A stretch of DNA of 54,737 nucleotides, counting the filler, from Jimgerdemannia flammicorona (lineage: Eukaryota): assembly GCA_003990765.1 (NCBI GenBank). It is 2 parts of 2 records of this genome, joined end to end, with 100 filler letters (N's around TTAATTAATTAA, not from the genome) between each part and the next. Parts side by side here need not be neighbours in the genome. Positions count along the whole stretch, not along the records: positions 1 to 27,320 come from RBNJ01000640.1; positions 27,421 to 54,737 come from RBNJ01000641.1. One strand, written 5' to 3'. The translations under genes were made by a program, and so were the position numbers. Of the stretch, positions 26,131 through 37,572 are shown in pieces; positions within the stretch are counted from its first letter, which is position 1; each line of letters opens with the position of its first letter. The notes under the pieces are model-generated. The model ran no database searches. It saw nothing but the letters and a program-made list of their open reading frames with translations, and was not told where the DNA came from.

Positions 26131-26451
26131 TCATGTTACGGGTGCTTGCCAGCAACACCAGCAGCAAGCGGCGATCAGCAGAACGGCGACGCAGACGATG
26201 GCAATAATGGCAATGACGACGAGGATGCTGAGGCCGTAGACGTCGCGCTTGGCTAGGTGGGCGCGAGTGCGAGTGGGGGGGGAGGAGGCGAATGGTTCGG
26301 ATGTCGGCTCCGAAGGGTATGATGAGAGCTGCGAGACGGCGACGGCGATGTCTGACGGGCATGATGGTGTCGGGAAGGTGTGTGCGTGGAAGCAGAAGTG
26401 AAGGATACAGGCCAGGGCGATGAGGATTCGGAGTGCAGAGTGCGGTGTCAT
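26131..26451 (-). CDS. 106-aa hypothetical secretory precursor: signal peptide, S/P/T-rich pro-region, KR site, TM helix, CCWCC tail
   Basis: Coherent domain logic in one ORF, genic GC content, ATG start, and a TATA-like element (tttatatag on the minus strand, ~26526-26534) ~80 bp upstream. Confidence 0.7.
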   Translation of the reverse strand: MTPHSALRILIALACILHFCFHAHTFPTPSCPSDIAVAVSQLSSYPSEPTSEPFASSPPTRTRAHLAKRDVYGLSILVVIAIIAIVCVAVLLIAACCWCCWQAPVT

Positions 26452-27320
26452 TATGAGGGGGTTGGGTGTTGTGCCGCGGTAGACATGAAACGAATGAGAT
26501 GGGAGAGAGAGGAAGAGAGAGAGATCTATATAAAGAGCTCGACGAGGGCAACAAAATGTCGTTTATGGTCTTTTAACTGGGATCTGCGAACCCTTAAAAA
26601 GGAAAAAAAAAATAGTTTGGGGTTAGCATGGGAGGACGAACTGTGTCAGGAGTTCGGAGCGTGCTTGGGGGCGTGATGTTGTCTTTGGATTGTGTCGTGT
26701 TGTAATGATAGGTATGTGCGATGTTCGTATAGGGAGGAAACGGATAGAAAATTGCGAGTAAAAAAGGTCTCGCGTCAATGGCTGGCTGAAATTGGTGAGC
26801 CTGTTCTCGTAATTGCAAGGAGCGATTTTTTTTTTAAAAAAAAATCAATGTGCCACTGGCCCACCCTTAAATCGTCATCGTGCATATCCAACACGTCCAT
26901 CATCATTCCAGGTAATGATATCGTAACACTTCCTATTTCGTGCTCACCACACCCTGGCGAAATATGCCCTAAACCAAAAAAATGAAATAAGGAAAAAAAT
27001 ATATGAACGAAAATAGGGGCTGGTGGAGAGAGGCCAGCGGAGAGGGGCAGCGTGTCACCTGGTCATAACAAAAACCTCTAACACGAAAAGGGGCCATGAT
27101 CATGTTGAAACAATATGCCCTGCACGTTGAAACAATGTACGGAGGGGGGGTTTCCAGAGAAATCGTGCTTTGAATTTGGAGTGGCTCTTGATTGTGTCTT
27201 GGGTTTTGTGCAGATGGTCCGTCCTGTGACCAGGAGAAAATGTGCTCGAAAGGGTTAAATTAGGTAATCTCCGAGGGAAGAGCCCTCTAAAGTATAGATG
27301 AAGAGGGTGCTTTTTTTTTT

Positions 27321-27420
27321 NNNNNNNNNNNNNNNNNNNNNNNNNNNNNNNNNNNNNNNNNNNNTTAATTAATTAANNNNNNNNNNNNNNNNNNNNNNNN
27401 NNNNNNNNNNNNNNNNNNNN
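27321..27420. other. Assembly gap with artificial TTAATTAATTAA linker
   Basis: N runs flank a six-frame-stop spacer at 27365-27376. Confidence 0.95.
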
Positions 27421-29717
27421 GACCAAATTCGAATGGACCAAGGAGCACCAAGAAACCTTCAATGAACTCAAGACCAGGTTGACCCAAGCACCCATCCTCA
27501 GAAGACCAGACTGGAACCTAGAATTCATCCTGCAGACAGATGCGAGTACTATAGGACTTGGAGCAGTCCTAGCTCAGAAGAAAGATAGATATGAATATGT
27601 TATCTCCTACACAAGCCGAGGTACCCATGGAGCAGAACAGAACTACAAGTCATGCAAGCTTGAATGCTTAGTGGTAGTTTGGGCAGTAGACAAGTTCCAC
27701 TACTACCTAGCTAGAAAACACTTCACCATTCAAACAGACCATTCCACTCTTGCCTGGCTATTCCACACTCTGAACCCCAAAGGAATATATGCCAGATGGA
27801 TCTATAGGCTACAAGAGTATAACTGTACTGTCAAGCACCACCCAGGAAAGACCAACACCAATGCCAATGCACTCTCAAGGACACTCCAAAATATCCCCAT
27901 CAAGACTATTCAACATAAATAAGGAGCTATACTATGGATTAATCGGCTACCTTGGGCAGCAGAAGATGCCCAACCACCTCAAACCCTGGACAATCACCAT
28001 CATTAACCAGACTTGGAAACAGTTTGAATTAGACAACACTACACTCAGAAAAGGAGGAAAGCTAGTAATATCTGAACACAAGAAGTATCAAGTAATGAAG
28101 GAAGTACATGAGCAAGGACACTTAGGAGGAACCAACATATATGACAAGGCAAGAAGAACCATGTGGTGGCCCAAGATAGAAGAAGACCTGTGCCAATTTG
28201 TCAAAGGGTGTGATAAGTACCAAAAACAGAAACAAGATCAGTAAGACCAGGCACCTGGATCATCAAGAATTGAGCCTATCCCCTTCCACCACATCGCAAT
28301 GGATATTATTGGACCACTACCAGTAACACTATCAGAAAACCACTATATTATAGTTATTGTAGACCTCTTCACCAAATGGATAGAGGCAGGAGCATTACAA
28401 GAAGCCAATGCCCTCTCTATAGCTGATTTTCTATACCGAGAAATCATCTGCTGCTACAAGACACCAAAGCAAATCACAACAGACTGTGGCACAGAATTTG
28501 TCAATGGATTCCACGAGATAATGTACCAGAAATATAAGATCCAGCACATCAAGACCACCACATACCACTCTCAAGGAAATGGACAGACAGAGAGAACCAA
28601 CAAGACCCTCAAGAACATCCTAGCAAAGATCTCAGAGACATATGAGAATTGGGATAACTATCTCCCAACTGCCCTCTCCATTCTATGAGACATACAGTCA
28701 CAGAGCACACATTTTACCCCAAGAGAGCTGCTCTTCAGAGAAGAAGATTCTAATGGAACCTCAGCCACAAATCTAGACCTAACTTGGAGATGGGTTGATG
28801 CAGAAATCCGGAGACTATACTAAATCAGGAAGAAGGCTGAAGATTACATCACCAAGTCACAAGCACTGACAAGGAAGAATGCAGAAAAGAATCACAAGGC
28901 CCTAGAACCCATCCGAATTGGAGAAAAGGTTCTACTGTATCGAAATATGGTAGAAGCCTCATGGTCACGAAAACTGGAGCCCAAATGAGAAGGACTCTTC
29001 TATATGCAAGATATCAAGAGAACTACCTTCTGGCTTAGAAAAATCTCAGGGACCATACTGCCTACCACAGTATATAGGAACAGACTCAAGAAGTACCATG
29101 AACCTATACAAGAGAAGTAAAATGTGATGACCACCCATGAGGTTCTAGTCCACAAATCATAACAGCATGTCCTGTGACCAGCAGGCTATCTGTCTGGACC
29201 ATTCTCTAAGGGATACGGTACTGGCAACTACTCATCCATGAGACTTTCACAGTCAGAGGAGTTCGAACTATCAACTGATTAGTCAAGATCAGAATCAGGC
29301 CCTTGCTCTATATAAAGGGAGTGACCCTTCACCATCATGCCAAAATACAAAGAGAAGATGCCAGTCTATAAATACTAGTTTTCAACCCCTTGCCAGAGGT
29401 TATGGGATCAGCAAATTTTTCAGGACTGGACTAATGAATAAGGATGCTCAGGAAGATCCTTATTCAGGAGGAAGATGTAATGGTGACCCCAGAATGATGA
29501 CATCAGCACAGAAGACAGCCTTTCCTTACAAGCCACCAGATCAGAGCACAAGAAGATTATATGGCATATGAGATGAGCAATGATGACCAACTGTGAGTCA
29601 TTGTGACCACAGTACAAGCATCCTGAAGAATATAAAAGAAGGATCAAGGAACCACAGTAGTGGCAACCAACAAGAACCACCAATCCCAAAATAGCTCAAA
29701 GACTTACCACAAACAAA

Positions 29718-30500
29718 ATGCCTGCTATCTGCCAAATCTCAAGGTCAAGAAATCACTAAGATATCTCAGTTGAGGAAAAGATGTTTCAAGACATCAGAAG
29801 AGCCATGAGGACCCGCTCAAGAAGGACTCCTAGTGTCAACCTGGGTACTGCAGACTCTTATCACTTTATCCTCTACTGCTGCAAAATGGAAACAAGGATC
29901 ACCATTGCTACTGAATGTCTCCAAATGTAGCAGGAGTATGAAATAGGAAACCTCCTCTGCTAGGAGTTCCCACAGGCCAGCACCCAAGAGCTACAAGATG
30001 CCACTATCATGGATATATGCAAAACAAGGATAGCTAGGAAGATCTATCAGATCTTCAGGCATGCACCATAGTCAATCCCCAACTTGGAGTATGTTAGAGT
30101 CTCAGATTTCAGAGATCTATCATCCTGCCATATCAATGCACTAGAAACCAGGGTGGCTACAGAAGCCCAGTCCACTATCACCCTCAACAGCAAAGAAGTA
30201 GAAGACTTCTGGTACCCTATCTTTCAGGACAACCCAGATCAATTCCTACAAGGATTGATCTCAGTATTCCAAGGCCCAAGTATCCCCACATTTGTTTCTT
30301 ATTTTGTGGAAGAGAACCTTATAGACTGGAGAGCTCCAGCCCTTGTTTCCAATTTCCCCACCACAGCCAAACATGATGATGTCATCAATGATATCATCCC
30401 ACGTAACATTGAAGCACACAAAAATGATGAATTCGTGGATCTCATCTCCTTCAGTAATGATGATGATGAAGCCCCCATAATTCTGAACTTTCTGCTCTAA
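29718..30500 (+). pseudogene. ~260-codon accessory ORF3 of gypsy element A, interrupted by 4 revertible stops
   Basis: Single frame from ATG 29718 to TAA 30500; internal stops are TAA/TAG, each one transition from CAA/CAG/TGG. Confidence 0.7.
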
Positions 30501-30514
30501 GTTCTTTGTTATAC

Positions 30515-30706
30515 TAGATAATGCCAGTACCGGTATTCTCATATAATACTGGATAATGCCAGCACCGGCATTCTGAGGTGACATGAAATTGTTCCAGCAC
30601 TGGTATTCTCATGTAACACTGAATAATGACAGCACCGGCATTCTGAGGTGATATGAAATTGTTCCAGCACCAGTATTTTGATGTGACACTAAATATTGCC
30701 AGCACT
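30515..30706. repeat. ~35-bp tandem repeat (5-6 units) in the 3'/U3 region of element A
   Basis: Units of ataatgccagcaccggcattct..gtgaca with a dimeric ~70-bp period. Confidence 0.8.
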
Positions 30707-31577
30707 GAAACTTAGTAGTTTTAGTTATTGGAATTTATATTTAGCTTTATATCTTAGCAACCATTGAATTATATTTTGTATAAATACCTCTCTTATTTCC
30801 TCTGAAATAAAGTCAATCTTCTTAGTACAATATATACACTTCCTTGCAAGCAATCTAAGAGATAACAAGACAGTTAAAGATAAGAAGTTTGAGGACTATA
30901 AGACCTTGGAAGGCACTCCAATAAGAACTTGCTTATAACAAACTTGAGTTAGTCTAAGAGATACATCTTGAAGAGAATCTGGCATATTTGAAGGACTCAG
31001 CAACCACTATATAACAATATACTACTTTAGTTTGAATTGTAGATGAGGTCAGGTTGAAGTGAATGATAGACTCTTAGCACTCTATACTATATTAATACTA
31101 TTAATAAAATCTCATTTACTATTACCTAAATCTACTTCTACTATAATAATTATATTTATTAAATTATTTATATACTAATTCTCTTAAAAACTTCTCTTCT
31201 ATAAGGTCAGATAAAATTATCTCTTACTTTTCATTTTATATTATATTTATTAATATAATAATAAAAAATAGTTATACTATTAAATACTTTACTCTATCTA
31301 TCCTATTTGTAAATATTACTAATTTACTTTAGTAGATCTATAAAGTAGTGATAATATTGATATCCACTATACATACTAAAATGAGTAAGTACTATATAAA
31401 TATCATTTTGCAATTCCAATAGCTTGCAAATTATATTCAAACTGATCTTTAAAAGATTTGTAGCTCAGTGAGAGATATAAATCAAAGTACTTTATTTGAT
31501 CTACTAATAGAAAAAAAAAGAGCCAGTAGAAGTTCTATGGAAATATCTCTAACTGAGAAATATATACAGTAACAGTT

Positions 31578-33793
31578 GATCTGAATTAGGAATATGAATC
31601 AGAGGAAGAGATATTTGATCATAGTACCTGAATCTGATTTCCAAATATAGTATAGCCTTACAAATAGCAGTCACTCTACAAGTATAGAAACTTTATAAGT
31701 ATAGAAATCTTATAAATGTAAAATTCTTATAATTATAGAGATTCTATAGATGAAGAGAATCTACACTTATAGAAAATAACTTATCAGAAATATAGTTATA
31801 ACTTAGCCAACTTATAGCTATAAATATTCCCAATATCTAGAGTAAATAAACCTCAGATTGAAATAGTTTAAAATAAAGAGAAAGTAAGAGAACTAGTAAG
31901 CCTGCAGATAGATATACTTCAAACTCACCCACTCTTATATTCTGAAAACTCTGTAAAATCAAAGAAGATCAAGTTTTCAAGATATAGAAATCTGATATAC
32001 TTACTCAGTTATATATCTACTATATTATAACTTGGTGTCCATTGACTGGTGATTTAAGACAAATCTCTCACTTTTAAGCTAAACAACAAATAACTGCTAC
32101 CACCTGAACAACTATATAAATCAACCAAGACATCCAGACAAGATGGATATGAGACTGCCAGTATTTCATAGATATACCTCAGATGAATCAATCATTACCT
32201 TCATTGATAATTTTGAGTAGTATACTGCTATAAGGACTCTGATAGTAATATAATAAATAGCCCTCATATACTTCAGTCTCTGAGGCTCAGTAAGAGCAGT
32301 ATTCACAGCTATAATTTATATGGGAAATAATGATAATGCTGTACTGACAGTACAGAAGGCCTGGCTCTAAGCTATCTATAATATAGATGAGATTAAGTAA
32401 GCCCTGAAGGATTAGCTCAATATAATATACCAAGGAATGAGTAAGGACTCAAATATATTCTATATCAGAATCTGCTATTAGATAATTCTTGCTAATTATA
32501 CTGATGCTATTTAAGATCAAGTAGCTAAAGTAACCTTCATGAAAGGAGTTCACTCAGAGATAGCCATAGTCATCTAATTATTACTAGTAGTTCTGGACCT
32601 ATTACAGAAGGTCACCTATGCCCAGTAATACTGGATAGTCAGACATCTACAAGACTATATAATGGAAAGAGTTACCAGAGTCAAAATAGAAACACTTAAG
32701 ACAATTAGTACATATGATCTCCACTATAGTGATCAATCAAAACACATCTCAGCCAAAGAGCTACTGAGTAGAGAAACAGCAACTCTATGGAGGAACTAGC
32801 TAAGAAGTTTACTGAAATGACTGCTCACTTAAGAGTTGTGATAAAGGAAATTAGAGAAAGAGATCACCATCTAGTCTAGAAGTTTGCTATAATCTCAGAC
32901 AAGAAGAGAGGTACTTGCTATACCTATAGAGAAGAAGGCCACTACTTATATAAATATATAAGTGAAACTAAGCATAAGGCCTAGTCAAGCAATACTACTT
33001 AAAACAAAGAACAGACTAATACTATTATCTTCAAAGAGATTGGAGAATCATATAAAGAAGAATGTGAGACCTACTCTGCACAGACCACCAAGAAGGATGT
33101 TTATAAGAAATCCTACAAGAGACTACCAGAAAGACTCAAGAAGAATTCAGTAGAGAAACAGATGGAGATTGCTATAGAAAGCCAAGCCAAAGAAATAGAT
33201 CAAGATATAGAGTTAGAACAGACTGTTTAAGATATTATTTGAGAAACTACTCTAGCTAGTGAAGGAGAAAAGAAGAAAAAGCTTTATAAGACCAAAACTT
33301 TTAAGTATAATATCTTCAAGGATCTCTGATTCAAATTAGGAATATGAATTAGAAGAATAGATATTTGATTACAGGCCTGAATCAAATTCCAAAATATAGT
33401 ATAGCCTTATAAATAGCAGTCATTCTACAAGTATAGAAACTTTATAAGTGTAGAGATTTTACAAATATAAAATTCTTTTGATTATAGAGATTCTATAGAT
33501 GAAGAGAATCTATACTTGTAGAAAATAACTTACCAGAAACATAGTTAGAACTTAGCTACCTTATGGATAGCAAACTTGTATAAATATCCCCAGTATCTAG
33601 AGTGAATAAACCTCAGATCAAAATAGTTCAAAACAAAGAAAAAGTAAGAGAACTAGTAAGCCTGCAGATAGATATACTTTGAACTCACCCACTCCTACAT
33701 TCTGAGGACTCTGTAGAGTCAAAGAAGATCAAGTTTTCAAGATACAGAAATCTGATATACTTACTCAGTTATGCATCTACTACATATGTTACA
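31578..33793 (+). mobile_element. LTR family C element: two ~450-bp direct repeats flanking a gag-only interior
   Basis: 31578-32029 matches 33328-33793 (ends ..TGTTACA). Candidate PBS TGGTGTCC at ~32033. gag relic LPVFHRY..ESIITFIDNFE and decayed zinc knuckle CYTYREEGHYLYKY; no pol. Confidence 0.75.
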
Positions 33794-34134
33794 ATATATA
33801 GGATAGAGATATTTATTATAGTTATTTTGATAAAGAACAAATAGTTTAACACTTATTATTTTAAAAAATAAAATAAATATTATTGTAATAATCTTGATTT
33901 ATTACTTATTTTAAATATATATATACTTTTAAAATCAGTACCTTCTTAAGTTATTTTTTAAAAATTCAATATTAAAATATTGTACTTTTTTCTATATTCA
34001 ATATTTATTTGATCAATATTTAATACTTTCTCTCTATAAAGAAGGTATAGATAGATAAATAGATAGATTATATACTATATTATATATAATTGTAAAACTT
34101 ATTATTAATTATTCTTATTTTCTATGAAATTTAT

Positions 34135-34330
34135 AAGAGAATGATAGATATATGCTACTTTAGCTTAAGATTAGATAAATAATAGATATATGCTGCTTTA
34201 GCTATAAATGATAGAAATATACTACTTCAGCCTAATATACTACTTTAGCTTAAATTATAGATGAGATCAGATTAGGGTAAATGATAGATATATATAATAC
34301 TTTAGCTTGAGATTAGATGAATGATAGATT
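34135..34330. repeat. ~38-40-bp minisatellite, short array
   Basis: Unit tagataaataatagatatatactactttagcttaagat; same unit and orientation as 40140-41390. Confidence 0.8.
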
Positions 34331-34419
34331 ACTATTATTTAAAGTTATTTCATTACTATTATTTGATATATATATTGTCTTTTTGTCTAGTATATCTGTT
34401 ATTATTATTATTGTTATTA

Positions 34420-36840
34420 CTATGTCTAAACTTATTAATATATCTATATCTATTCTCTTATCTGATTTTCTATTACTTTTTCTGAACTTATTAATATATC
34501 TATCTGCCTCAAACTCATTGATACCCAAACTTATAGATATTCTGAACTCATCAATATCCTGAACTCATTAATATCCCAAACTCATCAATACTCTGAACTT
34601 ATTAATATTTCTATATCTATTATCTCATTTAATTTTTTATTGTTTTTTCAGAAATCATTAATACTCTAAACTTATTGATATACTCATTTCTCTTATATAT
34701 ATCAAATTGGCCTATTCTATCAAGTATATCTGGTTTCTTTTAATTTATCTATAGTTATTATAATTATTATCATTACTATATCTAAACTCATTAATATATC
34801 TATCTAACCTAAACTCATTAATATCTTGAACTTATCAATACTCCAAACTCATTAATATACCCATCTGTCTCAAACTTATTAAAATATCTATATCCATTAT
34901 CTTATTTTATTCTCTATTACTTTTTCTGAACTTATTGATATACTCATCTACTCTAAACTTATTAATACTCCAAATTCATTAATGTTTTGAACTCATTGAT
35001 ACTCCAAACTCATTAATGTTCTAAACTCATTGATACTCTAAAATCATTGATACTCTAAACTCATCAATATTCTGAACTCATTGATATACTTATTGATATT
35101 TTTTTTTTTTTTTTTTTTTATATAGACTCAGAGTCTCACAGAATTTTATTGGAAGGGAATCTAGACTATATAAGCCAAAACTCTCCCCCACCACCCATTA
35201 AGCACTACTCTTCTATTAAACCTAAACTAGCTATTGTCCAGTGGCTCAACTATGCCAGATGCAACAGAGTCAATAGTAGTCCATACCTCATTCTGCATAC
35301 TATACTCTCCCTACTACCAGGGAGAACTCAGCTATATATCAATGACTGAAAGCATATATATATCTGAAACTCCAATATATATACCTAAGCCAAATAGAAT
35401 AGCCTCTGCCACTCTAAGTAGAAATGATAGATAAAGAAAAACCCCTCTCAAAAAACAGAACAGTGGGTAGGACCTGATTCTCCCAAGCAAGATAAGTAGA
35501 GAACTTATATATAAGATAGGAGGAGACCCCCAATACCCCACTAATCAAGCCTGTAGACCTTGATTATATTGCTACATCAGCTTTCAGTTCTAGTTGAGTA
35601 TAGTCAAGATGTCTGACCTGGGTAGCCTTAGGCCTCTCAGCCACCTCCAATGACTGGGGCCCAACTCTATGAATTGCCAAAAGTAGCCAAGAGTAACATC
35701 TACTACTTAACTATCCTGTATTAATCAAAAGGCTCCACCAAAGCAGTACTTGCCCCAGCCCCAATAACTGCCCCTAGCCTAGTATCCTACTGGTCCATCA
35801 TTATCACCCTTCCTTCTATCTGTAACAGCTATCTCTCCTCTCATCCCAATATCACTCAAAAAACAGTCATCTATATCAGAACCATGCTTGCCAGGAAGCT
35901 CACCAAAGTCAGAGGGCCCCACTACAGATACTGAGGACCTGCAGGTAACCTATACTAAGCACTTGATACCCAAGGTTGACCAATTCCCTATATAATTCAT
36001 AATACACCAAGATGATACCTTATTGGTTATAGTAAAAGAAAGAAGATACCATACAGAAATAAGTATACCCCAGATGTAGCTAAAGGTACCAGAAACTGTA
36101 AAAAAGTGGAGAAGACACTGATCTGACACTGATAAAGGGGCAATTCATCACTATTGTCTCCCTCCTGTTATGCCCTTATAGGCACAGAAAACCAATCCAA
36201 GGTAGAGAGAGTAATAATAGAGGAAAGAGAACTTGGAAGATTGCTTACCAAAAGGCAAGATAGTGGAGAAAGAGGTATTGAACTCATTGATACTCTAAAC
36301 TCATTGATGTACCTATTTTTTTTATATCAATTTTATCTGTTCTATCAGATATATCTGGATCCTTTTTAATTTATCTAGAGTTATTATAATTATAATTATT
36401 ACTATATCCAAACTTAACAATATCCCTATCTGCCCTAAACTTATTAATACCATAAACTCATTGATATCTCATACTTATTAATACTCTAAACTCATTAATA
36501 TATCTGTATCTATCATCTTATTTAGTTCTCTATTACTTTTTCTAAACTTATTGATATATCTATCTACCCCAAACTCATTAATATTCTGAACTTATTGATA
36601 CTCTAAACTCATTAATATATCTATATATATTATCTTATCTAGTTCTCTTATATTAAATTGACTTATTTCTTCTATTAGATATATTAGATTCTTTTTAATT
36701 TATCTGAAGTCTTATCTATCAATCTATAGATATTTTTTCTAGTATCTCTGTTATTATTATTATTATTATTTCTGTATTCAAACTCATCAATATACTCATC
36801 TGCTCCAAACTTATCAATATCTCAAACTTATTAATATATC
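34420..36840. repeat. 18-bp degenerate tandem repeat region (aaactcattgatactct), split by a LINE insertion
   Basis: Dozens of units at 34420-35098 and 36276-36840, with higher-order duplications. Confidence 0.8.
35099..36275 (-). mobile_element. 5'-truncated LINE inserted into the 18-bp repeat region
   Basis: Poly(T) at 35099-35119 with minus-strand AATAAA (~35145-35150), higher GC body, and the flanking repeat resumes at 36276. Confidence 0.65.
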
Positions 36841-36873
<33 letters not shown>

Positions 36874-37572
36874 CTACTCCATTATTATTATTATTACTGT
36901 GTCTCTATTATTACTAATCTCTACTACCTGTCTAAATATATATACTATAATACTCTATCTCTTTACCATCCTTTTACTTATCACTATTATTACTATTACT
37001 ATCTGGTATCTCCTTATTACCTACTGTCTCATTATTATTATTATTATTATTATCATTATTAGTCTCATTCTCTTGAACTGGTAATAGTCTCAATAGTTCA
37101 TTGAAGCTTATGAAGCTAATATATTCTCAATCTCTTATTAGTAAACTTAAAGCTATTATAGAGACTATCAATAAATACCTACTATCAGAAATGAGGAAAT
37201 TATATAAAATAGAAAAAAAGTAGGATTTATTAAACATTTATTTGATCTTTGTGAAGTTCCCAATGATGAGCAAATAGTGTAGTCAATTTTAAAAGATAAG
37301 TTATAGCAAAATTAAGCTAAAGAGCTTATAGTAATTAATTTTGAATAGAAAGATACAGAAAGATAGTAGAATAGATAATTAAATAAAAAGTCAATTTCAG
37401 ATTATTTATGTTTAAGTTATTAAGATAAATTTTAGTAAATAGTATTAATAAGAAGAGTATAAATATCAATTATAATAACAACTGTTATCATAAAACCAGA
37501 GTCACTAATACTAATAGTATCATATTTCTTCTAAAAGTACCAACTATATATACTATAGAAGAAGTAATATTA

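Larger units (their letters stand above)
27421..31015 (+). mobile_element. Ty3/gypsy element A, 3' half (RNaseH, integrase, accessory ORF(s), 3' LTR); 5' part lost in the gap
   Basis: APIL..PDW..EFILQTDAS..GLGAVL, KLECL..VWAV, TDH; integrase H-H-C zinc region, MDIIGPLP, VDLFTKW, TDCGTEF, QGNGQTER, IGEKVLLY, NRLKKYH. LTR-like 3' region with TATA (30779), AATAAA (30807) and ..TAACA end. LTR start not resolved. Confidence 0.9.

Noticed and set aside
27365..27376. TTAATTAATTAA palindrome within Ns
   Set aside because: Artificial contig-joining linker, not biological. It also means linkage across the gap is unproven.
30515..30706. Regularly spaced ~35-bp repeats as a CRISPR array (also 40140-41390)
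   Set aside because: No unique spacers, no cas genes and a eukaryotic TE context; these are tandem repeats.
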